DNA of 56,794 bases from Rhizaria sp. SCN 62-66 (lineage: Eukaryota): positions 1 to 56,794 of the forward strand of contig MEDY01000173.1 of assembly GCA_001724265.1 (NCBI GenBank), written 5' to 3'. The stretch's first letter is position 1. Every line of letters starts with the position of its first letter. This document shows positions 1-12,710 of this stretch, in pieces. The notes under the pieces were generated by a model that made no database searches, was not told the origin of the DNA, and worked only from the letters and a program-made list of their open reading frames with translations. The position numbers were made by a program, and so were the translations under genes.

Positions 1-3000
1 GCGGCGGTTGCGGGGCGCGCGGCGCTGTTGGCCGCGGCGCCGCTCGCGGCGGGGGCGGCGGCGGAGGCCGGGGCGGGCGCGGGCCGCGCGGCGGCCTCGG
101 CGGCGGCGGCGGCGGCGGAGGCGCGCGCGAGTGCGGTCGCGACGGCAGCGGGCAGCAGCACGTGCGACACAGGGGCCGCTGGCGCAACAGCGGCTACGCC
201 AGCGCCAGCGCCAGCGCCAGTGCCAGCGCCAGTACCGGTCGCTGAGGATAGAACAAGTGGAGGGACAGAGGCGGGGGCTGAGGCGGACGCAACTGTGAGC
301 GCGGGACCGGCAGTCGCAGTTTTGCGCTGCTGGCCCTGGGCCTGTGCCTGGACCTGCGAGTGCAGGTGGAGCTGTGGCACTGGCTGAACTTGGGTCGGAA
401 CCTGTGCCTGTGTCTGGGTCTCAACTTGAGTCTGCAACAGAAGCTGCGATCGCGTCTTCGCAGCCGCACTGGACGCCTGGCCACTGCCCGAAGCGACCGT
501 GAGCAGCGGAGTGACCGTGAGCAGCTCGGCGCCGACACGCCAGGCCACCACGCTCAGCCCCGGCGCCGCGGGCACCAGCAGCGCCCGCGCCGCCCCCGCC
601 GCCCCCACCGAAGAAGCAGCGGCGGCAGCAGCGGCAGGCAGGCCCGAGAGCGCGGCGAAGGTGCGGGGCGCGGCCGCCGCCAGCGAACCGCCGGCGGCAC
701 TTGCTCCCCTGCTGCTGCTGCTGTTGCCGCAACTGACTGCAGCGGTCGCGGAGCGCTGTGATGCCGCAGTAGCTGCAGTGGCAGTGGCAGTGGCGGTGGG
801 GGGCGGCGGTGGCAGGAGCGCGATGCGCGCAACGGAGAGGGGCGTGCGGGCCGCGTGCAGCGTCAACGCGTGGACGCGAGTATTGCCGCCGCCGCCGCTG
901 TGCAGCCCGCTGTGCAGCCCGCTGCCTCTGTCGCTGCGGTCGCTCGCGGGAGGGAAGGCGAGCGCGAGCAGTGCGACGTGCATGATGTCCGGCAGCGGGC
1001 ACCGCAGCAGCCGCAGCGCCGCCGACAGCGACAACGGCTGCGGCGGAGCTTGCGTCTGGTGCGACTGCGCGAAGGGGCGCGCCGAGGGCGCCAATGCAGT
1101 GCTGCTGCCGCCGCTGCCGCCGCTGATGTTCACACCGTTGGCCGGCAGCGCCGATGCCAGAGCGAAGGCGAGCGCGGCGGCGACAAGGGGCAGCGCCGCG
1201 GTGGCCTGGCCCGCGGCGGGCGCGGCGGCCGCGGCGGCGGAGGCGGCAGACGCTGCGGCGGCCGCGGCCGCGGCCGAGGCCGAGGCAGACGCTGCGGCGG
1301 CCGCGGCGGCGGCGGCGCGCGACTGCAGCAGCGACGACTGCGCGCGCGGCCGCTGGCCGGCACCCACAGCAGCGCTGCTGTTGTTGTTGTTAGCAGCAGC
1401 AGCAGCAGCAGCAGCAGCGCTAGCAGCAACGGCGGCGGCTGTGGCGGCGGCGACGACACCCGGCGCGGGCGCGGCGCCGGGCCCCGCAGCGGCAGAGCCC
1501 GAGCCGGGCGCGGGTGCTGCGGAGGCCGCAGAAGTGGCCGTGAGCGAGACCGAGACCGAGGCCGCGGCGGCGGCGGCGGCCACGGCGGCCGCGGCGGTGG
1601 AGGGCTCCAGCGCCAGCACGGGCGCCGCGGCCGCGGCGGCGGCCAGCGCGGCGGCCCTCATCGCCCGCGACTGCTGCTGATGCTGCTGCTGTTGCTGCTG
1701 CTGCGGCACGCACACAGACATAGTGTTGGTTGACGCAGCCGCGGGTGACGAAGCGGGCGCAGGGGCAAAAGCAGCGGCAAATGCCGGAGCGGAGGGCGTT
1801 TGAGTGGTGGCAGCGACGCCCGCAGCGGCGACACCCGTGGCCGCGAGCGCGCACAGCAGCCGCAGACACTCGCCCACCACCGGCGACGGCTCCGCACTGT
1901 AGCCGCTGCAGCCCCCGCTGTAGCCGCCGTAGCCGCTGCGGTCAGTTTGGGCACCGGCAGAGGTGCTGCGGACAGTGTTGTTGGCCGCGGCGGAGAGGAC
2001 GCGCACCGCGGCGGCCGCGGCCTCGGCAGTGCTTGTGAACGCCGCGCTGCCGCCGCCGCCGCCGCCGCCGCCGCTCGCGCCTGCATGGGTAATGCTCACG
2101 GTCTCCGCAGCGACAGGGCTCGAGCCAGCATCGGCGGCGTTATTCGCGGGAGCGACGGCGACGGCGGCGGCGGCAGCGGCGAGGTACGCCACGCCCGCAG
2201 CGGCGGCCCACGCGGGCGAGACCAGTGGCGGCAGCAGCGCGGCGGCGGCTCCGCGACGGCCGCGGCGGCCTGAGGAAGCGGCGCGGCTCGAGCCAGCAGC
2301 ACTGGGGTTGAGAGCGGGTGGCTGTAGCATGCCGACAGCCCTGGCCGCGCAGTCGCCGCCGCCGTCGCCGCAGTCGTCGTCATCGTCGTCGACGTCATCG
2401 CTGGCCGAGGCGGCGGCGGCGGCTGCGGCGGCGGCGACGGCGCCCAGGCCCGCGGCGATGGCGGCGGTGCGCGCGCGCGGCCCCGCGGCGAGGTTGACGA
2501 CGGCCGCGGTCGCGTCGGCCGCGTTGCGGGCCACGCGCGCGCGCTCGCTTTCCTGCTGCTGCAGCAGCTGCTGCTGCTGCTCGTGCTGGAGCCGCAGCTG
2601 CAGCTGCTGCTGCTGCTGCCGCGACAGCGGGCGCGCGCGCCGCAGGGCAGCGGCGCCGCTCGCGGGCGCAGCGGCTGCGGCTGCGGCAGCGGTGTCGGAA
2701 GCCGCAGTCGGCGTCGCAGTAGCGCCCTGCTGAGGCGTGTCACCGCCGACGGCGGAGTGTGGCTGCTGTTGCTGCTGCTGCTGCGCCTCGGTCACGCCGG
2801 ACCCGGAGGTTGAGTTGGCAGACGAGGCGGCGGCCGCGGCGGCTGCGGCAGTAGCGGCCGCGAATGCCTTGAGCGCTACAGTCGGCGCAACCTTGACCGT
2901 AAGCAACCGCTGCGGCTGCTGCTGCTGGGAAGCATTCGCAGTCTCAGCCTCAGCCTCAGCCTCGGCGTCGACGTCAGTGTCGGCTCCAGCGCTAGCGTCG

Positions 3001-5223
3001 GCCTCTGAGTCGGAGCCTGAGCCGGCGGAGGGATCCGCGGCCCAGAGCGCGGCCGCGCCGGCGCTGTCGCACGCGCGGGCAGGCGCCGCAGCAAGCGCAA
3101 CGGCGGCGCGCGCGCCCGCGGGGCCCGCAGTCGCGGCGGCCGCGGCAGCGCCCGCGGCGCCCAGCTCAGCCCCGAGGCCTGGGCTCGTATGCGCGGCAGC
3201 GGCGGCGGCAGCAGCGGCAGCAGCAGCGGTGGCAGCGGCGGCGGCAGAGGCGGCATGAGCGGCAGCGGCCGCGGGTGCAGCTCCAGGGGCGGGGGCAGCG
3301 GCGGCAGCGGGGGCCTGGGCTGCGCCACACGCCACCAGCGCAGCCAACGCGGTGGTGGCGGAAACGACTGCGGTGCCTCCGTGGCCGTGGCCGTGGCCGT
3401 GGCTGTGAGCGGTGGCAGTGGCAGCGGCGCTGGCATTATTACCGTTGCCGTTGCCGTTACCGACAGCCGCGTCGGCCGCGGCGTCGGACAATGACGTCGC
3501 AGCAGAGCTCGCGCCAGAGCCTGTCCCGCCGACAGGGCCAGCGCCAGCGCCAGCGCCAGGACTCGCCCCAGTAGCGGTAGCGGCAGCAGCGGCGGCGGTG
3601 GCGGCGGCGCGTTGGGCGCGTGAACCCTGCTGGGAGTAGCCGCCGTGGCCACCGTAGCTGCCGCCGCCGTGGCCGTGTCCGGGCCCGTGGCCGGCGCCGG
3701 CCGGGGCAGCGGCGGGCGGCGCTGCGGCGGCCGCGGCGGCTGCGGCTGCGCGCGCGGCGTCGCCCGCAGCGCGCGCGTGCGTGTGCACGAGAGTTGATAG
3801 CGCCAGCGCCAGCGCGTCCTCGGCCGCGGCGGCCACGGCGGCGGCGGCGGCGGACTCGCGGCGCGACAGCAGCGTCGCCGCGGCGGCCGCGTCCACGCTC
3901 AGCACGGCCAGCGGGCCCTCCTGCGCCGCGCTGCTGGCGCTGCTTGCACCGAAGCACACTGTGGGCACTGCGACGCACAGGGCGGTGCCGGCCAGCGCGG
4001 CACTCGCGCCCGCGGTGAAGCGCAGCGACTGCGAGCGCGAGTGCGAGTGAGTCGATGAAGACGAAGACAAGCCTGAAGCCGAGTTATAGAGCTCCACGGC
4101 GGTCGGCCACCCCGCAACGACAGGTGCAGCCGCAGCAATTGCGCCGACGTCGCTACTGCCCTTGCGGCGCGCGCTGTTGTAGCCCTCGCCCGCGTTGCCA
4201 GCAGCGCTGCTGTTGCTGCTGGCAGCGCCCGCGCTCTTGCTACCGCCAGCGGTGCTACTGCCATTGGCGGTGATGCTCCACTGGGCCGCCGCTGCGGGCG
4301 TCGGCAGTGCCGCGCTGCTGCCGCCGCCGACGCCAGCGCTGCTGTCCGCGCTAGCCGCGGGTGGCGACGCGCGCGCGAGCACGATCACGGCGGGCGGCGC
4401 TGCAGCAGCTGCGGCGGCGACTGGGTCTGCGGGGGGCAGCGCGACGCCGTAGAAGGTGACCTCGGCCGCGGACACGGCCACCAGGACCCAGAGGGCGCAC
4501 GCCGCCTCCGCCTCGGCCTCCGCCTCGGCCTCTGCCTCGGCGTCCGCGGCGACGCCGGCGCTGAGGTCGGCGGACAGACTCATCGCGAGGGCGCTGGTGG
4601 CGCCGAGACTAATAAGCGCGGGCGCGCGCTGCGGCAGCGGCAGTGGCAGCGGCACGGCGATCAGCTGCCGAATCGCCAGCGAGTCATGATCATTCTCTGT
4701 CTTGCTCTCGCACGCTGCCACGTCGCTGTCGCCGCGGCTAACAGAAGGCAGCAGCAGCGCGCGGGGCGGGGCGCAGGCGGCCAACAGGCGCGCACGCTTC
4801 ACCGGGCCCTGGCTCTGGCCCTGGCTCTGGCTCGGCCCAGCCTCCGCACCACCGGTGCCGCTGCCACTATGGGGCAAGGCGGGGGGCGCGGCAAAGAGCA
4901 GCAGCGCGCCCGACGCAGTGCCCACCGCGGCCACCGCCGGGGAGCCTGTGGAGCGCCAGTGAGAGCCAGAGCCAGAGTCGGAGCCGAAGCTGGGGGGCGC
5001 GAGCGCGGCGACGGCTGTGGCGCGGCCGTACACGCCGGTGCCCCACTGGCCGTCACTCTCATCGTCACGGACACTGCTCGCGCCGGTGTTGCTGCTGTTG
5101 TTGTTGTTTTCGTCGTTGTGCTGAGCGGCAGCGTCGACGTCGACGGACGGCGCAAAGGGGAACGAAGCCAGCCAGCCGCCCGCCCCCCCGAAGCGACTGC
5201 CACTGCCGCTGCCGCTGCCGCCG

Positions 5224-5257
<34 letters not shown>

Positions 5258-7031
5258 GCGCGCGGAAAGAGAGCCAGAGCGCGCGCGCGGCGGGCCCCGC
5301 GGCGGCGAGGTGGCGCGACACGGCCGTGGGCGCCGAGGCCAGCGAGGGCAGGCTCGCCGCCGCCTCCAGCGCGGCGCGATGACGGACCAGCGCGCCGCCG
5401 CCGGTAACAGGCAGGGCAGCGGCAAGGGCGGGGAACAGGGCGGCCGTAACGGCGGCGCGCACGCGGCGCTGCAGCCGGTACTGCTGCTGCTGCTGCATAC
5501 TACTGCTGCGCTTGACAACAGAGCTGCTAGCGCTTTGACATGGCGCTGAAACAGCGCGCAGCAGCGCGGCAAACAAAGCGCCGGGACCAGAAGCGCTGGC
5601 AGTCGTCCGGGCCGCAGTCTGACGCAAGCTCTTACCGTTGCTGCGATCGATATTGCCCCTGCAGAGCGGTTGCGAGAGCTGGGGCGCCTCGCCGGGCGCG
5701 GGCACCGAAGACACCAGCGCAGGCGCGCGCACCAGCGACGCAGCAGCCGCAGCGGCGCCAGCAGCAAAGCCGGCAGCACCGCTCGCAGCGGCCGCGTCAG
5801 AGTGCGCGGGCGCGGACGCGGCGGGCTCGGCGGGCGCGGTCGCGGGCCTGCCCCCGCGCCACTGCGCGCGCGGCGCGTGCGCGAAGGGCAGCGGCTGCGG
5901 CAGCACCGCGGGCGCGCGCGCGGCCGAGCGCAGCTGCAGCTGCTGCTGCTTGGGCGTCGCAGCCGCGGCGGCGCTCGCGCGCGCGCGCCGGGCCGCGGCC
6001 GCGGCGGCAGCGGCGTTGGCGGCGGCCTCGCGATCGAGCGTGTCTTGAAACCCCACCGCTGCCTCCTCGAGATAACCGAACTGGTCAAAGCCAGCAGTGC
6101 CAGCGCTCGTGCTCGCGTCCGAGCTCGAGTCGTGTTTGTCGCCAGCGCCAGCGCCAACGCTGGAGCCAGGACGATGCTGCTTCTGAAGTTGCTTCTGTTG
6201 CTGTTGCTGCTGCTGCTGCTGTTGCTGGAGAGTCGGTGAGAGCTGCTGCGTCGCCCCCATCGCCGTCGCCGTCGCCGCGGTCGCGGGCGTGGTCGCGGAC
6301 TGCTGCGCCATCGCGCGCCGGCGTCGGAGGGCGAGCCACGCGCGGTCGACGACGGTGCGCACCGCGGCGGCGACGGCGTCGTAGGGGGCGGGCAGCGGCA
6401 CCGCGCGCGCTGAGAGCGTGTTGGCGCTGCGGCGCAGCCGGCGCAGCGCGGCGTCGCCGTCAGCATCGCCGTCGCCGTCGCCGTCGCCGTCGCTGCCGTC
6501 GCTGTCGCTGTCAGGGCTGTTGGCAGAGCTGGCAAAGCTGGCGGAGGCCGTTGCGGCCGTTGCTGCCGCTGTTTCGGGGGATTGAACAAGGTAGTGGGAG
6601 AGCGCGACGGGGCCGAACAATGCGCCAACGTGCGCGGGCGTGTCGCGGAAGCCGCCGGGCCCCACGGGAGCAGAGGCCGACGCCAAAGAAAGCGCGTTGA
6701 GCGCCGCGAGCCCAGTCAAGCCGGCGGGCGCGGGCAGAGCGGCAGCGGCAGCGGCGGCCGCCGCGGCGGGCGTGTAAAACAGCGGGGCGGGCTCGCTGGT
6801 GACTAACGCAAACGCTGGCGTGTATGTAGAAGCGAGCGCAGGGGCAAAATCAGTGGCAGGGCATGTGGAGAGCGAAAGCGAGTCCAGGCGCGACTGCGAC
6901 TGCGCGTGTGCGAGAGAGTGGCTCAGGGAAGCGGTGGTGCGGTCCAGCGAGGCCACCAGCGCGTCAAGATCGCCGAGCCCACCGTCAGCAGACAAGCTGA
7001 GCGCGGAGCCACGCGTGGCAAAGCTCGACAT
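1..7031 (-). CDS. Large hypothetical Ala/Ser-rich low-complexity protein (>2340 aa, truncated at left window edge)
   Basis: ATG at 7031-7029 (MSSFATRGSALSLSADGGLGDLDALVASL...). The track lists no stop-terminated ORF in this minus frame, implying it is open to position 1 (which would explain its omission). Ala-rich shadow ORFs on + (28, 499, 1963, 2737, 3412, 4195, 5638, 6799) share one frame, the same offset seen opposite the kinase gene. GC content drops upstream of ~7150. No family recognised. Confidence 0.8.
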
Positions 7032-7742
7032 TGAGCGCGGTAAAGCAGGGTTACAAGGGGCCACTGCTAGAGCGAAGGAGAGCAAAGGACGAGGACAAGA
7101 AAAGTAACCGGCTGCAGCAAGGAGGGAAAGGGGAATGTGAGCAGTGGTTTCGCAAAATCCAGCTCTAAAAAATAAACATAATATAGTATATAGTTATAAA
7201 ACTCATGATCTACTGGCAAGCACTGCTATACCGGATGCTACATCGCGCTACACCTTCCTGAAAGGAGGGCCCAAGTAACTGTTGGCTCCAACCTCGACCC
7301 CCTACTCCCCGCCACCAGTCCTTGTCACTGCGTCCAGCAAGAAATCACTAAGACGATGGATATGCGAGCCATAACAAACCTTTGTTGAGTTAACAGACGA
7401 AAATATAAATTAAATGACTTATACATACTTAAATAAAATAAATTTCAAGTTATAAGTTTCCAATTAGCAACGTTATATCGAACTTTATAATTTGTAGATC
7501 GTGTTCCAAAAGTTGATGCGAGCGTGTAAACAAGGTAATTCAACGTCGAGATTGTGAAGATAAAAATATTGTGTACTGTATCGTACTACTCTCTTTCTAA
7601 AACCTTGAAAAAGTGCGTTTCCATAGCTATATACTTCTTAATTTACTACATAACTTGCTCTTCTTAAACACTCGAAGCAGACGCGTGTGTCACTGTGCCT
7701 CGTGCCTCTCGTGAGCGGCAGTGTCGCGCACAGGCGGCCTCG

Positions 7743-8581
7743 TCAGACGTTGCTGTCCGGGCCGCCGTCGTGCCTCGCGGGGTCCTCCTTGGGCCGCCAC
7801 AGCGTCTGCATGCCCAGCCCCAGGCCGCTGCCCACGCCGGCGTTCGCGCCGAGACTGCTTGCGACCGAAAACAAAGAGCTGCCGCCTGCGCCTGCGCCGA
7901 TGTTTGCGTTCGCGTGCAGCGCCGTAGCTTCATCACTGGCCTCTGCATCGGCCCCCACGCCCCTAGCGATGCCGTCCCTGCTCATGCCGCCCGCGTCGGC
8001 CTCGGTCTCAGCGCCGGAGCCGGCGCCAGCGCCCGCGCCAGCGCCTACGCTCGCGCCCGTCAGGCCCGCGTTCAGCTGCTGCTCTGCTCCAGGCGCGCTG
8101 CCGCTGCCAGAGGAGCCCTGCCCGTTGCTGCTGCTGCTGCCGCCGCTGATATCGGCGCCAGTACCGGTGAAGTACCGGTGCTGCAGCGCCTGCGCGGCCG
8201 TGATGCGCGTCTCCGGACACAGATCCAGCAGCCGCGCCAGCAGGTCCAGCCCCGCGGGACCCAGCGCGCCGCGCAGCGCTGCGCGCGCACTAGGGTGCAG
8301 CGTGCGTGGCGCAAACGCGGCCGCGGCCGCGGACGCTGCGGCCGTCGCCGCGGCGGTCGGCGTGTCGCCGACAAACGCGGCGCCGTTGTTGTTGCTGTTG
8401 TTGTTGTTGTTGTTGTTGTTATTCACCTGTGCGCCAGGGTTGCTGCCGTTGGCGCACGAGTCGCAGCTAGCGTCGCCGCATTCGCACTCGCTGTCGCAGT
8501 CGCCGTCGTCATCATGCTCGCCGTTGCCGCAACCGCCGTCGCCGTCACCGTCGTCAGAGTCGTCAGAGTCGTCGTCAGCCG

Positions 8582-8613
<32 letters not shown>

Positions 8614-8772
8614 CTGTCGTAGTCCGCCCACGCCGGCGGCCGCCGCAGCGCGCGGGGCGGCAGCCACACCCACGCGCGCGCCGCGGCGCCCGCGTACAGC
8701 AGTGCCAGCGCCTGCGCGCTCTCGCGGACCGCCTCCGCCTCCGCCTCGGCGCTCACTGGCGCGGGCGGCGCC

Positions 8773-8816
<44 letters not shown>

Positions 8817-11489
8817 TTTGGCGGCGGCGCGATGGCGCGCGCTCGCGCTGCTGCTCGCGAGGGCGTCAGCGCTGCTGCTGCCGCTACTGTCGGTGTTTGC
8901 GCCATCGTTCGCAGAGGTGCGTGCAAAGGTGCCGGGCTCGAAGCCGCCGGCCGCCTCAGCTGCCGCAACTTCTGCTGCAGCTGCTGCCGCGGCCGCAGCT
9001 TTGGCCGCCTTAGCACTGCGACGCTGCGTCTGCTGCTGCTGTTGCTGCTGTTGCTGCGGGAGAGAACGATGAGTGACATGCACGTGACGCCGACACACGT
9101 GGCCCTCATGCCCGCTGCATAAACTAGCGCTACTATTATTGTTATTGTCGCTGTTCTCATCCTGGCACGCGTACGTAATGCGCACGCGCACGCCCGCGGC
9201 CGCGGCGGCGGCAGAGCGAGCGTAAGCCCGCGCAATGGCGTCCGCAGCAGACAACGTCAGGCGCGCGGGCGTGAAGCCTGCCGGGGCAAGCGCGCGCGAG
9301 GCGGGCGCGGCGACCGAGGCCCATAGTACGCCGGCGGGGAGCGGCGCGGCGCGGCGGGCAAGGCGCGCGGGGCAGTGCGCGAGCCTAAGCACAGCGGCCA
9401 GCTGCGCCGTGGCCTCGGCCGCACTGGCGTCGTCGGGCGCGTCCAGTGCCGCGGCCGCCTCCGCCAATGCGGGATCGCGGTCCGCGCGCGAGCCGCCGCC
9501 GCGCGCCGCCAGCCAGCCGCGGTGGCCGCGGGCGATCGCCGTGTACAGGTCGCAGCGCCCGCGGCGGCGGCGGCGGTGGCACTGCGCGCAGGCGCACAGG
9601 CGGCCGGGAGTGCGCCACTGAGTCTGGGCCGGACCCTGACCCTGAGTCTGGCTCTGGCCCTGGCTCTGGCTCTGGCTGTGGCGGTGCTTAGCGCTTGAGC
9701 CGAGCAGAGGGCTGGCGGCGCTAACGGCGTTACTGTTGTTGTTGATGTTGCTCTTGCTAGTATTGCTCGCGTGTGTAATAATGGGAGCCGGACGCAGTTG
9801 CGGCCGCAGCAGCGCCCTTCCTGATGCAGACGCTGACGCTGACGCAGGGGCAGAGATCATAGTCTGCTGCTGCTGCTTTCCGTGTTTGCGCCAGCGCTTC
9901 GCCGCTGTTGCTGCCGTGGCTGCCGCAGTAAACCCCAGCTTGCGCTGCGTCTGCAGCGCATGCGGCTGACTGGGGTCAAAGAGCGGCGCGCCGAGGGCCA
10001 TCTCGGCCATGACGCAGCCCGCGGCCCAGAGGTCCACGGCGGGCCCGTAGGCGGCGCAGCCCAGCAGCAGCTCCGGCGCGCGGTACCAGAGCGTGACGAC
10101 GTCGCGCAGCAGCGCGCGCATGGGCAGCCCCACGGCGCGCGCAAGCCCCAGGTCGCAGAGTCGCACGGGGAAGCCGCTCGACGGCGGCGGCGGCACAGCA
10201 AACGGCGGCGGGCGCCCGGCGGCGGCGGCGGCCGCGGCGGCGGCCACGGTGACGCCCGCGGCGGGGGACAGCGCGTAAGTCAGCAGCACGGAGGGTGAGG
10301 ACAGGGCCGTGCCGCCGACCGCAGGCGCCGGCGAAGTCACGTCGTAGTGGCGCATCGGCAGCGACGGTAGCCGCGCCCCAGCGCCAGCGCCTGCGTTTGC
10401 GTCTGCGGTCCTCGCAGTCTGTTGCTGTTGCTGTTGCTGTTGCTGCTCAATCGAAGCAGGAGCGGCAAAGTCAGTTGCAGCGTTGCCGTGGCCATGACCG
10501 TGATTGTGATGGCCGTGCTTGTCGCCGTGTCCGTGCGAGCCGCGCGCAGCGTGCCCGTGGTGCGGCGGCGCGTAGAGCGGCGCGAGCGGCGCGGCGGCCG
10601 CGGCGGAGGCCGAGGCGAGCGGGACGAGCACGTTCGCGGGCTTGAGGTCGCGGTGCACGACGTTGAGCGCGTGCAGGTGCGCCAGCGTCGCCAGGATGCC
10701 GTGCAGCAGCGTGCGCAGCAGCGCGGGGCCCAGGCCGCGCGCGGGTGGCGCGACGGTCTGCACGAGCGAGTGCAAGTCCTGCTCGACGAACTCAAACGCG
10801 AGCACTATCTCGCGCGCGCTGTAGACGACGTCAACGAGCCGCGCCACGCCCGGGTGCTGCAACCGCGAGCCCAGCGCAATCTCGCGCAACGCCGCCACCG
10901 GCAGCGAGTCCGGCAGCGCGTACAACAGGCCCGCCGCGCCCGCGGCAGCGCCGTGGCCGTGGCCGTGACCGTGGCCGTGAGCCTGAGCTTGAGGGACGGG
11001 AGCGCCGAGGCCGAGGCCGGAGGCTGCTGAGGCTGAGCCGGGGAAGTCCGCGCCCGCCGCGCTAGCACCGCCGGGGCCAAGGCCGCCGAGGCCGCCAGCG
11101 CCAGGACCGGGGCCGGGGCCGGGTGCGAACGAGGGCGCGGAGAGCAGCGAACCGTCCGCAACTAGGCTCGCTCCAGCTGCTGATGCGGCTGCTGCTGCTG
11201 CAACGTTGTGTTTGCTGTGACGCGATGCTTTGCCACCGTGCGCGGTAGCCGTGTCAGGGCGCGCGGCGCCGGGCGGGTGGTAGACGCCGGAGAGCGTATC
11301 GATGGGCTCGCCCGCGGCGGCCGCGAGCGCGAGCGCACGGTCGAGCCCCGAGAAGGCCGGCGTCGCGATCTGGTAGCGCTTCACGGCCACGTAGCGCGTC
11401 GTGTGCGTCACCGGGCATAACCAACGCGCCTTTTGCACCACGCCCTGCGCGCCCTCGCCGAGCTTCTCGAGAAACGTGTAGTTCTCCAT
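7743..11489 (-). CDS. Cyclin-dependent kinase-like protein (CDK/CDC2 family, divergent), ~1248 aa, kinase domain broken by large low-complexity insertions
   Basis: MENYTFLEKLGEGAQGVV, VAVK, PVAALREI (PSTAIRE position), LAFEFVEQDL, HRDLKPANVL, LCDLGLAR, VVTLWYRAPELLLG, DLWAAGC, GLDLLARLL..P..RITAAQALQHRYF. Start at ATG 11489 matches the CDK1/2-type MENY..LEK.GEG N-terminus. Stop TGA. Confidence 0.92.
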
Positions 11490-12230
11490 CGGTTCGGGGC
11501 GCTTTTGTGGAAGGTGGTTTGCTTTCTGGTTGCATCGAAAATAACGTTGGAAAAAACAGTCGATCATGCGTTGCAAACAATGGGTTTTGAAATATAACAA
11601 GAGTTTACAATAAAATGATAAAACAAATTTACGGATTTAATAGCAGGCTCATGAATAACGGAGACTGCATCTCGTACACTATACTCAAAGTTATCTATCT
11701 CGACACCATTGGTCACCTGGCTGTGGAATGCCCAGGGTGTACTTGTGTTTCTGCCTACGCTTCATGATACTTTTAGTCAACGATATAGAATATCATCATA
11801 TGATACAGTTGAGCTAGTAGTCGATAGCTTAAGTACAACAGTTGCAATCTAAATCTGGTGATATTTGTAGATATGAATTGCCACTTGTAGTACGCTTGCA
11901 ATCTTGTTTGCAGCTTTGTGTTCGAGATGAAGCATTATTGAAAGCAGTTGTGAAGAGAATTGAAGAGAAATAGATATCTAGCAACGCGAATAGCTATGCA
12001 CTTGTTAAAAACACGTTGAGGATCAATCCAATGGAATATGTCACGCTATTAAAGTTGCTTGTACTTCAGCGCAAGAGTGACTGTGTAGCGACTTGAACAG
12101 CTTTAAGTTAAGACCTCCCACGACACGTCAGAGAGTCTTCCTGGTCGCGCTAGAGTGCAGCCGCTTGAGATTACTCGTAATTCGTTCTTGAACCTTTGCA
12201 TTTCAAGTTGATTCTTAAAATTCTTAAACA

Positions 12231-12710
12231 ATGATAGCCGCCGGTGTAGTTATCTTTCTTCTCGCCCTGCTGCACTGCTGCTTTCATGTCGCCGAAGCGC
12301 AGTTCGGTTTCCCCTTCTTCGGAGGCTTCGGTGGATTTTTTGGCGGTGGCAACGGTATGCGCCTCTCTCGTCCTGGCCAGCCCAACGGCAATAACAACCG
12401 TCCAAGCGATCCTAACACGCACGGTGGCAACATCCCGATCCCGATGATGGGCTTCAACCTCCACAATGGACGCATCGTCCCCGGTCACGCTGTCGGAATG
12501 CCACCAATCACCGCTAACACCCATAACCATCACCGTACTGCCGTTGAGAGTGTTCCTTCAGCGTATATGACCCATGTTCCAGCTGCTCCAGCACCAGTTG
12601 CAGCTTCTTCAACTGTTGTAAGCGCTCATCTTCCTCCAGTCCATCGCTCCGAGACTGAGAACACTCGTCGCCGCGGAAACGGTGAAGAACATGTGATATC
12701 TCTAGAGTAA
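12231..12710 (+). CDS. Small putative secreted protein (159 aa), Gly/Phe-rich N-terminus then Pro/His/Asn-rich
   Basis: ATG preceded by AAACA. Hydrophobic signal peptide ending AEA|Q, then QFGFPFFGGFGGFFGGG. TAA is followed directly by a very AT-rich 3' region. Confidence 0.72.
   Translation: MIAAGVVIFLLALLHCCFHVAEAQFGFPFFGGFGGFFGGGNGMRLSRPGQPNGNNNRPSDPNTHGGNIPIPMMGFNLHNGRIVPGHAVGMPPITANTHNHHRTAVESVPSAYMTHVPAAPAPVAASSTVVSAHLPPVHRSETENTRRRGNGEEHVISLE

Noticed and set aside
8-7107. Numerous Arg/Ala-rich ORFs on + and off-frame minus ORFs (e.g. 499..1680, 4799..6628)
   Set aside because: Alternative-frame shadows of the single long minus-strand ORF.
7200-7400. Moderately GC-rich island with a small hairpin (CCTTCC-TGAAA-GGAGGG) as a possible ncRNA
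   Set aside because: No recognisable snRNA, SRP, tRNA or RNase P/MRP motifs; likely the promoter of the left-edge gene.
8260-11380. Inteins as the explanation for the kinase insertions
   Set aside because: No intein splice-junction or homing-endonuclease motifs; the inserts are simple-repeat derived.
11651-11767. Short ORF containing GHLAVECP, resembling a gag zinc knuckle
   Set aside because: The first two Cys of CX2CX4HX4C are missing, the ORF is only 38 aa, and there are no other retroelement features.
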